Assembly: GCA_947481365.1 (NCBI GenBank)
Contig: CANKGI010000001.1
Span: 1-54,977, forward strand
Direction of reading: 5' to 3'
DNA length: 54,977 nucleotides
Source of the DNA: Bacteroidota bacterium
GTDB lineage: Bacteria; Bacteroidota; Bacteroidia; UKL13-3
A program made the translations under genes and the position numbers. Positions 10,801-20,575 of the stretch are shown in pieces (position 1 is the stretch's first letter; each line of letters starts with the position of its first letter). Below the pieces are notes generated by a model that had not been told where the DNA came from, made no database searches, and saw only the letters and a list, made by a program, of their open reading frames with translations.

Positions 10801-13447
10801 GAGACCAAATCCAAATTACACAACTCCTGGCTACATGCAAGTAGATGTTTGTCTATCAAGTTATGTTGGATCTTCATCATTGAGAATTGGTTTAGAAGCA
10901 ATATCTAGAGGTGGTAACAACTTCCAAATAGATAGTATTATGATGATTGATAATTCAGTGAATTCTACCATCACTCCTAAAACAAATACCATTTGCGGTT
11001 ACGATTCATTGACGTTAAACATTGCGAATTCTCAGCCTAGTATGAGTTATATGATGTATAACTTCTTTACAAATGCACCACTTTCTAATGCATACCAAGG
11101 TAATGGAGGTACATTAACATTGAAAGCGGCTAATCCAAATGTTGATTCAGTTTGGGTGAAGATATTAGCAACAAATACTTTGTCAGTTCTTTCTGGATGT
11201 TACAACTTCATGAATGATACAGCAAAAATTAACATTAAGTTATTTAAAAACGGACCATTTACAGCTGCAGGAACACCTTTTGGTGGAGCTTACAATGCAG
11301 GTGTATATGCAGTTCCAAATACATCTAATATTTATCCTCAGGATGGTGGTAAAGTTTATGATACTTTAACTTACAGATTGGTTCCACCTTCAGGTTTAAC
11401 AAATGCTGATTATGGTACTAAATGGACAGTGGTATCAACTTCAATTAAAACCGTTACCAATATTCCAGCAACAACTACTCCTACATTTGTAGCACCAACA
11501 CCACTTACAAGTGGTAAATACACTTGGATAGTTGCACAATCATCAGGAGATAGTTTATTCTATTTAAATATTAAATTACGCTTATTACCTACAGGTTGTG
11601 ATTCAACTATTATTAGGGTAATTAAAATTACTTCAGCTCCTTTAACTTCATTCTCAAATGGAGGAAAAGACACAGCTTGTAGAGGTGCTGCAGTTAATTT
11701 CTTAAGTACAACTCCTCAAAATCCTGCAACTATGCCTTACGTATATGCATGGGATTTTGGAGATGGAACAACTTCAACCAATTCGGCAGCTAATAAAGTG
11801 TATACGATTTCTGGTACATATACTGTTAAACTAACAGTTACCAATAATGCAGGTTTGTTTACTACAGTTTCTAAAACATTTACAGTATTGGTTTCTCCTA
11901 AGTCATCATTTACGAATAGTAAGCCATGTAATGGAGATACTGTTGTATTTACAAATTCAACAACAGGTGCTGTTTCATACAATTGGACTTATTCAGGAGG
12001 TTATGGTTTTGGAACTTCATCTGCAGTTAACCCGCATATTTATCTTTCAACTCCTATTGATACTGGAACTTATTTTGTACAATTGGTTTCTACTAACTCA
12101 TTAGGATGTAGAGACACAGCTGCAAATAATGTGTTGTTGTTTGCTAAGCCACACGCTCAGTTTACTATTTCAAACCATTGTTTAGGTTCGGTTGCTTCAA
12201 TCGTTAATGGAACTACAATTTTAGGAGCTAATAATTCATTCGGTAGTGTTTGGTATTCTGGTAACGGTGATACTGCACTTTCTAATAATCCTACATTCAG
12301 ATACAATAACAACGGTACGTTTACAATGCGATTAAAAGTTACTTCTAACTATGGTTGTGTTGATTCGGCTAGCCAGGTTGTAACAGTTTATGACAAACCT
12401 CGTTCAGGTTTCACATACGACACAACAACAACTTGTCAGTTCTCGAATATGGTTGTTAACAACACAACTACATACGCGGCAGGTAACAATAAGGTGCTTT
12501 ACTTATGGAAATACAGTGATGGAACTTTACCTGCAAATGATTTTAACCCGGTTAAGTCGTTTGGTGTAATTGGTAACTATACCATTACATTAATTGCTAC
12601 CGATACTGTTAATTTCTGTACCGATTCAACTGTTAAAACGGTAACTATCAGTACTACACCAGTTGCTCAGTTTGATGCTCCAACAGGAGGTTGTGCTAAT
12701 AGCCCAGTTTCTTTTGTAAACAGAACATTCTCGCTTGCTACCGATTCAGTTAAGTATGCTTGGAAGTTTGGTGATGGTGGAACAAGTAACGTATCTAACC
12801 CTTCTCACACATATACCGGATTTGGTAATGATACAGTTTCACTAAGAGCTACAGCTAAGAGTGGTTGTACAAGTGCCATCAGTAGAGTATTGTCAATTTC
12901 ATCTTCTCCAACTATTACATATACATGGGATACAGCTGATGCTTATACTGTTAATTTCCATGCATCAAGTGCAATCTTTGCAAGTTATGTTTGGACACTT
13001 TATGATGGAAGTAACAAGTTTGTGATTACTGCTTATAAAGATCAGTACACTCAAACATTTAATAATCCAGGTAACCATATAGTTATTCTTAAAGTTACAG
13101 ATAATAATGGTTGTAGCGGTCAAGATTCTTCAAATCGTGCTAAAACATTTAGAGGAGTTGGTGTTGAAGAAGCACTTGCGGCACAATACAATGTAAATGT
13201 ATATCCAAATCCATTTAGCCAAACAACAAATATTTCATATAACTTAGAAAGTACTTCTAATGTTCATATCAGAGTATTTGATATGTTAGGTCGTGTGGTT
13301 TATGATTTAGATAAAGGAAACCAAGCAGCAGGAAAACATGTTGATTCAATTGATGCAGATTCGTTTGTTGGTAACTCTGCCGCTTATCTGGTTCGCATTC
13401 AAATTGATGGTAATGTTATCTCAAGACAAATTTTAAAACAGAAATAA
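4871..13447 (+). CDS. Giant (2858 aa) T9SS-secreted surface protein: three beta-helix modules, a MAM-like domain, six PKD domains, C-terminal sorting domain
   Basis: Uninterrupted ORF with a signal peptide ('VYGFANAQ'), internal repeats (see sub-features) and a T9SS C-terminal domain. Confidence 0.85.
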   Translation: MKANFTLNFKIALKAIVLTVTLGVYGFANAQNGIPAALQGGTTYYVDGIGANLDNVKDTFQSLSGTYSSAINPVPTSAGLIPYLQLMGSDPATIGTITIMLAPGYSTANAGSGYVELNPMSLDATGLNYPGISPNRSVQLKCTPGYNYTITTSTILSGTSSLFKLSGVSYFTIDGQATLGQNNLTFKMNTSSFTNTIKVIEIIPQATASCNSITIQNCNIVGSSTTATVYPFAGIYLGGVSAPSNALRRSNNIIIQNNVIKAVTNGVYIRGCGPANSSLPATTGYDLGLIVRGNTIGGTIAPGGTQNTDFLGGGIYSTGGAGIYLAAQANALVENNIVRNSINSVSYFGNFRGIALSVEGGATAVDSGVTVNRNRIYNINTSYPGQGSYGIRMNMGSHTQPLSISFTNNTIGNITASNAVSGIAGLLYPIGLSIEDNSANVGASISHNSINLYGSLMANNTNSGCVNIGATVSGGIVLTNNILANRMGRASSATLGGTINYCVIVNNVSAVTPNPFTLINGNDYYVNNFDGGNSFLGYAAGITGNKQLVSINHWRNFTTQDAASISAIPPFLSDTLLDLNSSTSSIISTSGISGTGVTLDANGNARSLTTPSIGAFEFTSNPLAVNVPLTAGLAGIVYPITGTGNAWPTLSAPTVGSFNTLSDAISYLNAYGTSGTGSIIFELAATYTGEGSKYLPAMIDYPNALASRTVTIRPALGVNDTLTIPNQANFNYSSVLRFIGARYITVDGRNQNMTILMPSLANNITGARCVAITPSDQSATTDITIKNCIITGNSSPFAINTFAGIYLGHYAPASGNAASAQFSQNNNIIITNNLIQAVRTGIYLRGPNIGSGQSQNVFIGTNRIGGDIPYGGSANTTYLGGAASMAGIFMKGISNSIVDGNIIKNSASAISNDFRGIDMDALSESGTDSSITVKNNQIYNLTSTSVSCVGIRVYLGVDTLRNLSFINNFIGKIQGIGAGTFYSTSNPNGFIIDGTTQVSNIGVTMYYNTIQLSGKTLNGNSGSSCLYLGANIRGGLIVRNNLLVNALGTTTGTTGYAYAIQTGAASNPLSTAYGIVNSNVYYAGGAVANNFVGYAAGINYSSLGTWKAYTLQDTSSYSSKVLFVSDTVPDVQLATAGPVFYGGVTIPSVNYDIYSNIRFGFGGYNRTPAGSNPCIGAVEFGQPYSGLTGGATYNINGIQNPPLKSSPGVGSFQTISKAFQYLIANGVVGNTAPAAPVKLLISSGYAGEGDTLILPLTEYPNMNANRVVVLTTDSQRTITTTGGAYAPYNNSGSVIRFSGASYFTIEGSINGTNTKDLTIALPSITNTNQSLKVIDLIPGNIPSTNITIQNCNILGSSTTIGCNTFAGIYSGGTSATAPYYIGNPAFRGSNNNSFINNFIGGVHYGVYLRGVGSATLRGQQDVGNIIRGNNIGGNINIGGSQPTNFWGGFDQSAAIFLSAQSATVVENNVIKNNIRTNNQVRGIEFSNVSGVLSVDSGVLVSKNNIYNLVTNQPAIWGMYLNIGSDSIKNNTIVNNWISGISASGTFGSPGLSFFNPAAIYVDATTNIYNLGLNIWFNSINFGPSTAITGTTYGLVNASSSVNGVQFSPLIRGGISLKNNIIQNRLPHTATANPSTSYAVVVGANSPNIFSACNNNNYFSNSTGPGTNNLMAYNAAVSPVILNTVNAISGYTNQDTSSMSFVTSVFTSDTVLTIPGGTTSVLVNRGSYISSVTNDYSNNPRPFTPTIGAVEFGGNPIDSLAPKLYNFTPASCGYGPFTIDLRAYANTITADTLYYMIYPNPTIYKVQAYSVIGNRRLYTIPTAPANSLILYKDTLWGALGLKATEPLTTGWDTIATSINSFPYGYGFDAPNVNNWTVQQVSGNGGWILGSYGSNANPANQSAYSGTKVALFGNGTAAATPLPSGTRSRLVSPCFDISTANLPTLRFWVSQNADQITLRDTLIVNINLGTGWIPVTGVMRPNPNYTTPGYMQVDVCLSSYVGSSSLRIGLEAISRGGNNFQIDSIMMIDNSVNSTITPKTNTICGYDSLTLNIANSQPSMSYMMYNFFTNAPLSNAYQGNGGTLTLKAANPNVDSVWVKILATNTLSVLSGCYNFMNDTAKINIKLFKNGPFTAAGTPFGGAYNAGVYAVPNTSNIYPQDGGKVYDTLTYRLVPPSGLTNADYGTKWTVVSTSIKTVTNIPATTTPTFVAPTPLTSGKYTWIVAQSSGDSLFYLNIKLRLLPTGCDSTIIRVIKITSAPLTSFSNGGKDTACRGAAVNFLSTTPQNPATMPYVYAWDFGDGTTSTNSAANKVYTISGTYTVKLTVTNNAGLFTTVSKTFTVLVSPKSSFTNSKPCNGDTVVFTNSTTGAVSYNWTYSGGYGFGTSSAVNPHIYLSTPIDTGTYFVQLVSTNSLGCRDTAANNVLLFAKPHAQFTISNHCLGSVASIVNGTTILGANNSFGSVWYSGNGDTALSNNPTFRYNNNGTFTMRLKVTSNYGCVDSASQVVTVYDKPRSGFTYDTTTTCQFSNMVVNNTTTYAAGNNKVLYLWKYSDGTLPANDFNPVKSFGVIGNYTITLIATDTVNFCTDSTVKTVTISTTPVAQFDAPTGGCANSPVSFVNRTFSLATDSVKYAWKFGDGGTSNVSNPSHTYTGFGNDTVSLRATAKSGCTSAISRVLSISSSPTITYTWDTADAYTVNFHASSAIFASYVWTLYDGSNKFVITAYKDQYTQTFNNPGNHIVILKVTDNNGCSGQDSSNRAKTFRGVGVEEALAAQYNVNVYPNPFSQTTNISYNLESTSNVHIRVFDMLGRVVYDLDKGNQAAGKHVDSIDADSFVGNSAAYLVRIQIDGNVISRQILKQK
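4970..10130 (+). repeat. Three paralogous ~570-aa right-handed beta-helix-like modules within the giant CDS (about 4970-6725, 6726-8412, 8413-10130)
   Basis: Each module repeats the same landmarks in the same order. These are 'G.SF.T(L/I)S.A..YL'; 'Y(F/I)T(I/V)(D/E)G'; 'ITI(Q/K)NC(N/I)I.G(S/N)SS'; 'FAGIY(L/S)GG'; 'NN.I....(T/H)G(V/I)YLRG'; 'N.IGG.I..GG'; 'V.NN.I.N'; and a closing 'IGA(F/V)EF' at nt ~6710, ~8395 and ~10110. Confidence 0.7.
10440..10950 (+). other. MAM-like / choice-of-anchor-J-like beta-sandwich domain of the giant CDS
   Basis: Segment 'FPYGYGFD...WTVQQVSGNGGW...SG.KVALF...SRLVSPCFDIS....TLRFW...QVDVCLSSY.GSSSLRIG.EA.S..GNNFQIDSI' matches the layout of MAM-type jelly-roll domains. 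Assigned by eye. Confidence 0.45.
11635..13130 (+). repeat. Array of six PKD-like Ig domains in the giant CDS
   Basis: Six ~83-aa units. Three of them carry the PKD signatures 'WDFGDGTTS', 'WKYSDGT' and 'WKFGDGGTS'. All six show the 'G.Y.V.L..TN..GC.D' pattern. Confidence 0.8.
13186..13444 (+). other. T9SS C-terminal sorting domain of the giant CDS
   Basis: 'NVNVYPNPFSQTTNISYNL...VHIRVFDMLGRVV...YLVRIQIDGNVISRQILKQK' has the canonical 'YPNP' plus beta-strand pattern. Confidence 0.8.
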
Positions 13448-13473
13448 AACCTGATTTTAGATAATCATTTTAA

Positions 13474-13506
13474 AAGGCTTCCGATATTTCGGAAGCCTTT
13501 TTCTTT
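13474..13506 (+). terminator. Rho-independent terminator after the giant CDS
   Basis: Hairpin ggcttccg-atattt-cggaagcc followed by tttttctttt. Confidence 0.7.
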
Positions 13507-13550
13507 TGTTGATTAAAGGATAAGACTAATTTTGTCTAAAATTTATTGAT

Positions 13551-14069
13551 ATGGAAATAACAAGAACTCCGGCTGAATCTCATACCATTATGAATGAGAT
13601 TGTATTGCCCAATGATACCAATACCTTAAATAATTTGATGGGAGGAAGGCTTTTACATTGGATGGACATTTGTGCTGCCATAGCTGCGCAAAAACATTCA
13701 GGCAAAACAGTTGTAACGGCATCCGTTGATAGCGTGAGTTTTGGAAAATCTATTCGACTTGGAGATGTTGTTACTCTTGAAGCCAAAATTTCAAGAGCAT
13801 TTAATACATCAATGGAAATTCATATTGTTGTGAATGCTGCCAATATTCCTAATGGAGAAAAATATAAAAGTAACGAAGCCTATTACACTTTTGTAGCTTT
13901 AGACAGAAATGGTTCACCTTTAAAGGTTCCAGTTGTAGAGCCAGTAACCGATGAAGAAAAGAAAAGATTTGATGGCGCCCTACGCAGAAGACAACTTAGG
14001 CTTGTGTTGGCAGGCAAAATGAAGCCTGATGAAGCAACAGAATTAAAGGCTTTATTCTTCCCCGAATAA
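13551..14069 (+). CDS. Acyl-CoA thioesterase (hotdog fold, YciA/BFIT-like)
   Basis: 172 aa. 'VLPNDTNTLNNLMGGRLLHWMD..AAIAA..H....VVTASVDSVSF' is the characteristic acyl-CoA thioester hydrolase core. Confidence 0.75.
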   Translation: MEITRTPAESHTIMNEIVLPNDTNTLNNLMGGRLLHWMDICAAIAAQKHSGKTVVTASVDSVSFGKSIRLGDVVTLEAKISRAFNTSMEIHIVVNAANIPNGEKYKSNEAYYTFVALDRNGSPLKVPVVEPVTDEEKKRFDGALRRRQLRLVLAGKMKPDEATELKALFFPE

Positions 14070-14117
14070 AAATCATATAACATTTTTTCAACACTAAAAT
14101 ATAATAGCTTTTCGAAG

Positions 14118-14147
14118 TTTGATTTTAACGTATAAAAGTTATTTTTG
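14118..14147 (+). promoter_or_regulatory. Bacteroidota-type promoter for atpDC (-33 TTTG, -7 TAnnTTTG)
   Basis: TTTG at 14118-14121, an 18-nt spacer, then TATTTTTG at 14140-14147. The atpD ATG is 33 nt downstream. Confidence 0.5.
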
Positions 14148-14158
14148 CGGCTCGTTAA

Positions 14159-15688
<1,530 letters not shown>

Positions 15689-15773
15689 TATTGGATAATA
15701 TGATGATGAGATAATTTGATAATGTTTTATCAATCATCAAATCATCAAATCAACGAATTATCAAATTAAGAAA

Positions 15774-16004
15774 ATGCAATTAGATATTTTAACACCCGAT
15801 AAAACAGTTTTTTCTGGAGAAGTGGAAGAAGTTACATTTCCCGGAACCAAAGGGCAATTTCAGGTTTTGAAAAACCATGCTGCATTGGTTTCTAGTTTGA
15901 GTAAAGGAAAAATAAAAATTAATACGGCAAGTGGTGAAACGTTTTTTGAAATAAACGGAGGTGTTGTTGAAGTGTTAAATAATAAAATAGTTGTATTGGC
16001 TTAA
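15774..16004 (+). CDS. atpC: F1 ATP synthase epsilon subunit, short form (beta-sandwich only)
   Basis: 76 aa directly after atpD. 'LDI.TP...F.GEV..V..PG..G.F.VL.NHA' is the epsilon N-terminal domain. The C-terminal helical hairpin is absent. Confidence 0.8.
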   Translation: MQLDILTPDKTVFSGEVEEVTFPGTKGQFQVLKNHAALVSSLSKGKIKINTASGETFFEINGGVVEVLNNKIVVLA

Positions 16005-16028
16005 CTAGAATAATATTTATAAGTAAAA

Positions 16029-16055
16029 AGCCCATTGTTTAATGGGCTTTTTTTA
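16029..16055. terminator. Bidirectional terminator between atpC and the convergent GT2 gene
   Basis: Hairpin agcccatt-gttt-aatgggct with an A-run upstream and a T-run downstream. It overlaps the 3' end of the minus-strand gene. Confidence 0.65.
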
Positions 16056-16787
16056 TGCTTTTTTCTGAGGGTATTTTCTAAATAAACTTTTTATTTTCAT
16101 CGATAGAACACCACCAATAGCTTCTTTGATAATACCGCTACTAATCTTTGATTCACCTAATGTTCGGTCGGTAAAAATAATCGGAACTTCTTCTAACGTA
16201 AATCCTTGTTTCCATGCTGTAAATTTCATTTCAATCTGAAATGCATAGCCTCTGAATTTTATTTTTTCAAGATCAATCGATTCAAGTAGTTCTTTACGAT
16301 AACAAACAAAACCGGCAGTGGTATCACGAATCGACATGCCGGTAATTATTCTAACATATGCAGACGCATAATAAGATAAAATTACACGGCTCATAGGCCA
16401 ATTAACAACGTTTACACCTGTTTTGTATCTAGATCCGATAGACATATCTGCACCTTTTTCACATGCTTGAAATAATTTGATCAAATCATCTGGATTGTGA
16501 GAAAAATCTGCATCCATTTCAAAAATAAAATCGTAATTATTTTTTAAGCACCATCTGAAACCTGCAATATAAGCAGTGCCTAAGCCGTTTTTTTCTTTTC
16601 GCTCGAGAATATGCAATTTCGAAAATTCTTGCTGAAGTCTTTTTACGATTTGTCCTGTTCCGTCAGGCGAATTATCATCAACTATCAATACATCAAAAGG
16701 TATTGAAAGTGAAAATACCTTTCGGATAATCGCTTCTATATTTTCCTTTTCGTTATAAGTTGGTATAATGACAATTCGTTTGTCCAC
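16053..16787 (-). CDS. Polyprenol/dolichol-phosphate mannosyltransferase-like glycosyltransferase (GT2, soluble Dpm1-type)
   Basis: 244 aa. 'VIIPTYNEKENI', 'LIVDDNSPDGT', 'EMDADFSHNP'. Confidence 0.75.
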   Translation of the reverse strand: MDKRIVIIPTYNEKENIEAIIRKVFSLSIPFDVLIVDDNSPDGTGQIVKRLQQEFSKLHILERKEKNGLGTAYIAGFRWCLKNNYDFIFEMDADFSHNPDDLIKLFQACEKGADMSIGSRYKTGVNVVNWPMSRVILSYYASAYVRIITGMSIRDTTAGFVCYRKELLESIDLEKIKFRGYAFQIEMKFTAWKQGFTLEEVPIIFTDRTLGESKISSGIIKEAIGGVLSMKIKSLFRKYPQKKA

Positions 16788-16870
16788 TTTGGTAAAATTT
16801 ATTCAATAATATTATATAAACACCAATTCGCCAATTTTGTCCATCGTTAAACAATTGCATATTATTGCGT

Positions 16871-17362
16871 ATGATAAAAAATAAAGCCATATTTCTTGAC
16901 AGAGATGGAGTGCTGAATAGAGAAATTGGAAATTACGTTACACGTGTTGAAGATTTTGAAGTACTCAATCATGTTCCTTTTTTACTTAAAAAATTAAAAG
17001 ATGCAGGCTATTTGTTAATTGTTATTACCAATCAGGGTGGTATAGCAAAAGATTTATATACGCATGATGATTTAAAAAAAAATCATCAGATACTGATTAA
17101 TAAATTATCAGAAATGGATGTCCTGTTTACAGATATTTTTTATTGTCCTCATCACCCCGAAATTGGGAAATGCCTATGTCGTAAGCCCGAATCCATCATG
17201 CTCGAGAAAGCCATTGCTAAACATCATATCGATATTGAACAATCATACATGATTGGCGATACAGATAGAGATATTCAAGCTGCCCTAGCAGTTGGCGTAA
17301 AATCATTCAAGATTGATTCAAATGCTGATTGGGGAAGTGTTGTCGACTCAATTCTGAAATAA
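16871..17362 (+). CDS. HAD-IIIA phosphatase, D,D-heptose-1,7-bisphosphate phosphatase (GmhB)-like
   Basis: 'AIFLDRDGVLN', 'VITNQGGIA', the Zn motif 'YCPHHP...CLCRKP' and 'IGDT.RD'. The track starts at TTG 16865. The ATG at 16871 is the more likely start. Confidence 0.75.
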   Translation: MIKNKAIFLDRDGVLNREIGNYVTRVEDFEVLNHVPFLLKKLKDAGYLLIVITNQGGIAKDLYTHDDLKKNHQILINKLSEMDVLFTDIFYCPHHPEIGKCLCRKPESIMLEKAIAKHHIDIEQSYMIGDTDRDIQAALAVGVKSFKIDSNADWGSVVDSILK

Positions 17363-17394
17363 CTGTATATCTAAAAATTATGTATTTTCGCAAC

Positions 17395-18072
17395 ATGACA
17401 AAACCCATTATAGCACCTTCCATTTTATCTGCCGATTTTTCTAATTTAGGAAAAGATATTGAAATGATAAACTCGAGCGAAGCCGATTGGTTTCATGTGG
17501 ATGTAATGGATGGCGTTTTTGTGCCAAATATTTCTCTGGGGTTTCCCATAATCAAAGCAATAAAAAAGATTGCAAAAAAAACACTTGATGTTCATTTAAT
17601 GATTGTGCAACCTGAGCGATATATTACCGATTTTAAAAATGCTGGAGCCGATATTTTATCAGTTCATTATGAAGCATGTACACATTTGCACAGAACGGTT
17701 TATGCTATTAAGGAAGCCGGCATGAAATCAGGTATTGTCATCAATCCTCATACTCCTGTTCATTTGCTTAAAGATATTATTAAGGATGTCGACATGGTTT
17801 GTATAATGGGTGTAAATCCAGGTTTCGGAGGACAAAAATTTATTGAAAACACGTACACTAAATGTGCTGATCTGAAAAGTTTAATTATAGCACAAGACAG
17901 TTCGTGTTTGATTGAGATTGATGGAGGTGTTAATGATGTAACAGCTTTAAAATTACTCGAAAATGGTGCCGATGTGTTAGTTGCTGGCAATTATGTTTTT
18001 TCGGCAAAAGATCCTGTGGCAACAATAGCATCACTCAAAAATTTAACTGCACATACACAAAACGTTTTATAA
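17395..18072 (+). CDS. rpe: Ribulose-phosphate 3-epimerase
   Basis: 'IAPSILSADFSNLG', 'HVDVMDGVFVPNIS', 'MGVNPGFGGQKF'. The start was moved to the ATG at 17395. The track's 22-codon extension overlaps the preceding gene. Confidence 0.9.
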   Translation: MTKPIIAPSILSADFSNLGKDIEMINSSEADWFHVDVMDGVFVPNISLGFPIIKAIKKIAKKTLDVHLMIVQPERYITDFKNAGADILSVHYEACTHLHRTVYAIKEAGMKSGIVINPHTPVHLLKDIIKDVDMVCIMGVNPGFGGQKFIENTYTKCADLKSLIIAQDSSCLIEIDGGVNDVTALKLLENGADVLVAGNYVFSAKDPVATIASLKNLTAHTQNVL

Positions 18073-18088
18073 ACGTTAACTCATATTG

Positions 18089-20575
18089 ATGCTTAAAAAG
18101 CTTTTTTTTCTATTTGTTATTTTTCTTTCATGTGATTTCGCATTTGCGCAAAGCAATGCAATTATTTATGGTACCGTAAGCGATTCAACAAACAGGAAAA
18201 TTACAGATGCCAACGTAATAGTAATTGATCAACATATCAATACCATTACAGATGAAGAAGGGAAATTTGAAATAAAAGTACCAGCTAATAAATCGGTAGA
18301 AATTGCCATAACCTATGTAGGGCGTACACCAAAACGCATCAATGTGCGACCGTTAGCTTCTGGCGAAAAATATTTGCTTGATGTGAAGATGGATTATGGA
18401 ATGAATTTAAAAGAGGTGCAGGTTACCGAAGAGCGTGATCGAGATAAAGTGAGTATGCAAACCATCAATCCTAAAAATGTTTCTACACTTCCAAATGTTT
18501 CAGGAAGCTTTGAGCAGATTTTAAAAACACTCCCAGGTGTTTCGTCAAATAACGAATTGAGTTCGCAGTACAATGTTCGTGGTGGTAATTATGATGAAAA
18601 TTTAATTTATGTAAACGATATTGAAATTTACCGTCCGTTTCTTCCTCGTAGCGGTCAGCAAGAAGGTTTAAGTTTTATTCATAGCGAATTGGTTGATAAT
18701 ATCAAATTTTCGGCAGGAGGTTTTGAAGCAAAATATGGAGATAAAATGAGTTCGGTGCTCGATATAAAATACAAAGATCCATCAAAATTTGCTTCTTCAG
18801 TTAATGTTAGTTTGCTTGGCGTTCAAGCTCATGTTGAAGGGGCTTCAAAAAATAAACGATTCACTTATTTGCTCGGAACTCGTTACTGGAGTAACCAATA
18901 CGTAGTATCAACTTTAGATGTTCAAGGTGATTATAAACCCTCTTTTACGGATGTTCAAACACTAATAACTTATCATTTAACAAGTAATTTGAGTTTGAGT
19001 TTTTTAGGAAGCTATGCCCAGAATAAATATTTAATGATTCCGCAAACGCAAGAAACAACATTTGGAACAGTTAAGAGTGCGATACGATTAACTATATATT
19101 TTGATGGACAAGATTTGATGGAATACCGAACCGCAACTGGTGCAGTTTCGTTAAATTATAAACCAAATTATAGAACTCAACTCAAATTATATTCATCGGC
19201 ATTTTATTCAAACGAAAATGAATATTATACCATCGAAGGAGCATATCGTTTAGAAGATGTTGAAACAGATATGGGCTCGCAAAATTTCGGAAAATCAAAA
19301 GCAAGTTTGGGTGTTGGCGATTATCTTACTAGCGCAAGAAACCAAGTAGAGGGAATCGTTTATAATGTTGGTCATAAAGGTTCGTTTATCATTGGCCCCA
19401 ATACTTTTCAATGGGGAGCGCAAGCACAAGCAGAACATATTAAAGACATTTTGCATGAATGGTATTACAACGATTCGCTAGGTTTTGCTCAGCCAACAAA
19501 TGTGAACGGAACGTTTGTGATGAATCAATTTGTATCATCAAGCAATACAGTAAATTCATTTAGAGTAAGTGGTTTTTTGCAAAATGCGATGTTGATTCAA
19601 AAATCATCAAACATGATAATTACTTATGGTTTGCGAAGCAATTGGTGGAGTTACAATAATGAAAATGTTGTAAGTCCTCGAATTCAATTTTCTTTCGAAC
19701 CAAACAGAAGAAATAACAGAGCCATTTTATTTGGTGGCGAAAAAGGTAAAGTTAAAAAAGACCTCATTTTAAAAGCAGCATTTGGGTATTATTACCAACC
19801 TCCTTTTTATCGCGAGATGCGTGGGTTTGATGGAACGCTCAATCCAAATATAAAAGCACAACGCGCAATACATTATGTGTTGGGTGGCGATATGAATTTT
19901 AAAGCATGGGACAGACCTTTTAAATTTTTTGCCGAAGCATATTACAAGCAATTAGATAATTTAATTCCTTATGAAATAGACAATGTTCGTATTCGTTACT
20001 TTGCCGATAATATAGCAACAGGATATGCTACCGGTGTTGATTTTAGAGTGAACGGAGAGTTTGTTAAAGGAACTGAAAGTTGGGCAAGTTTAAGCATTTT
20101 ACAAACACAGGAACGTATTCCTGGTGCAATTATTTATGATGCAAATGGTAGTCAAATTTCGAGCCCGGGTTATGTGCCTCGCCCTACAGACCAGCGTGTA
20201 AATGCAAGTATTATGTTTCAGGATTATCTTCCTAAATTTCCGAGTTACCGCATGTATTTAAATATGGTTTATGGCTCCGGATTACCTTTTGGTCCGCCCA
20301 TTCATAATCGTTATGCCGATACATTGCAGATGCCATTTTATTTTAGGGTAGATATAGGTTTTATGAAATCAATAATTGATGATAAAATGAAAAATAAAAC
20401 AGGATGGAAACGTCATTTTAAATCAATGATGATAGGTGCTGAAGTGTTTAATTTACTAGCTAGAAATAATACCATTTCATACATTTGGCTTGAGGATATT
20501 GAAGGTCGTAGATGGGCTGTTCCCAATTACCTAACAGGACGAAGATTGAACTTAAAACTGATGATGAAGTTTTAG
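18089..20575 (+). CDS. TonB-dependent-receptor-like outer-membrane protein with an N-terminal carboxypeptidase-regulatory-like domain
   Basis: ~828 aa. Signal peptide, 'IIYGTVSDS....I.DANV' CarbopepD_reg-like segment, plug-like region, long beta-barrel, and a terminal 'LKLMMKF' aromatic beta-signal. Confidence 0.7.
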   Translation: MLKKLFFLFVIFLSCDFAFAQSNAIIYGTVSDSTNRKITDANVIVIDQHINTITDEEGKFEIKVPANKSVEIAITYVGRTPKRINVRPLASGEKYLLDVKMDYGMNLKEVQVTEERDRDKVSMQTINPKNVSTLPNVSGSFEQILKTLPGVSSNNELSSQYNVRGGNYDENLIYVNDIEIYRPFLPRSGQQEGLSFIHSELVDNIKFSAGGFEAKYGDKMSSVLDIKYKDPSKFASSVNVSLLGVQAHVEGASKNKRFTYLLGTRYWSNQYVVSTLDVQGDYKPSFTDVQTLITYHLTSNLSLSFLGSYAQNKYLMIPQTQETTFGTVKSAIRLTIYFDGQDLMEYRTATGAVSLNYKPNYRTQLKLYSSAFYSNENEYYTIEGAYRLEDVETDMGSQNFGKSKASLGVGDYLTSARNQVEGIVYNVGHKGSFIIGPNTFQWGAQAQAEHIKDILHEWYYNDSLGFAQPTNVNGTFVMNQFVSSSNTVNSFRVSGFLQNAMLIQKSSNMIITYGLRSNWWSYNNENVVSPRIQFSFEPNRRNNRAILFGGEKGKVKKDLILKAAFGYYYQPPFYREMRGFDGTLNPNIKAQRAIHYVLGGDMNFKAWDRPFKFFAEAYYKQLDNLIPYEIDNVRIRYFADNIATGYATGVDFRVNGEFVKGTESWASLSILQTQERIPGAIIYDANGSQISSPGYVPRPTDQRVNASIMFQDYLPKFPSYRMYLNMVYGSGLPFGPPIHNRYADTLQMPFYFRVDIGFMKSIIDDKMKNKTGWKRHFKSMMIGAEVFNLLARNNTISYIWLEDIEGRRWAVPNYLTGRRLNLKLMMKF

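Noticed and set aside
15689-15773. The atpD-atpC spacer, rich in ATCAA/TTGAT words: five ATCAA copies plus an imperfect long hairpin, tgatgatga...ttgataa-tgtt-ttatcaa...tcatca.
   Set aside because: It could be an intercistronic processing or stability element. However, the stems are short, interrupted and purely A/T-rich in an AT-rich genome. I cannot tell it apart from low-complexity sequence without comparative data.
17329-17394. A 22-codon upstream extension of rpe that overlaps the end of the HAD phosphatase gene.
   Set aside because: The conserved Rpe N-terminus ('MTKPIIAPSILSADF') begins at the ATG at 17395. The extension has no homology-like features.
20572-20575. Overlapping stop codons of the convergent TonB-dependent-receptor-like and ion-channel genes, with no intervening terminator.
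   Set aside because: Tail-to-tail overlap of a few nucleotides is common and does not imply functional coupling. It is noted only as context.
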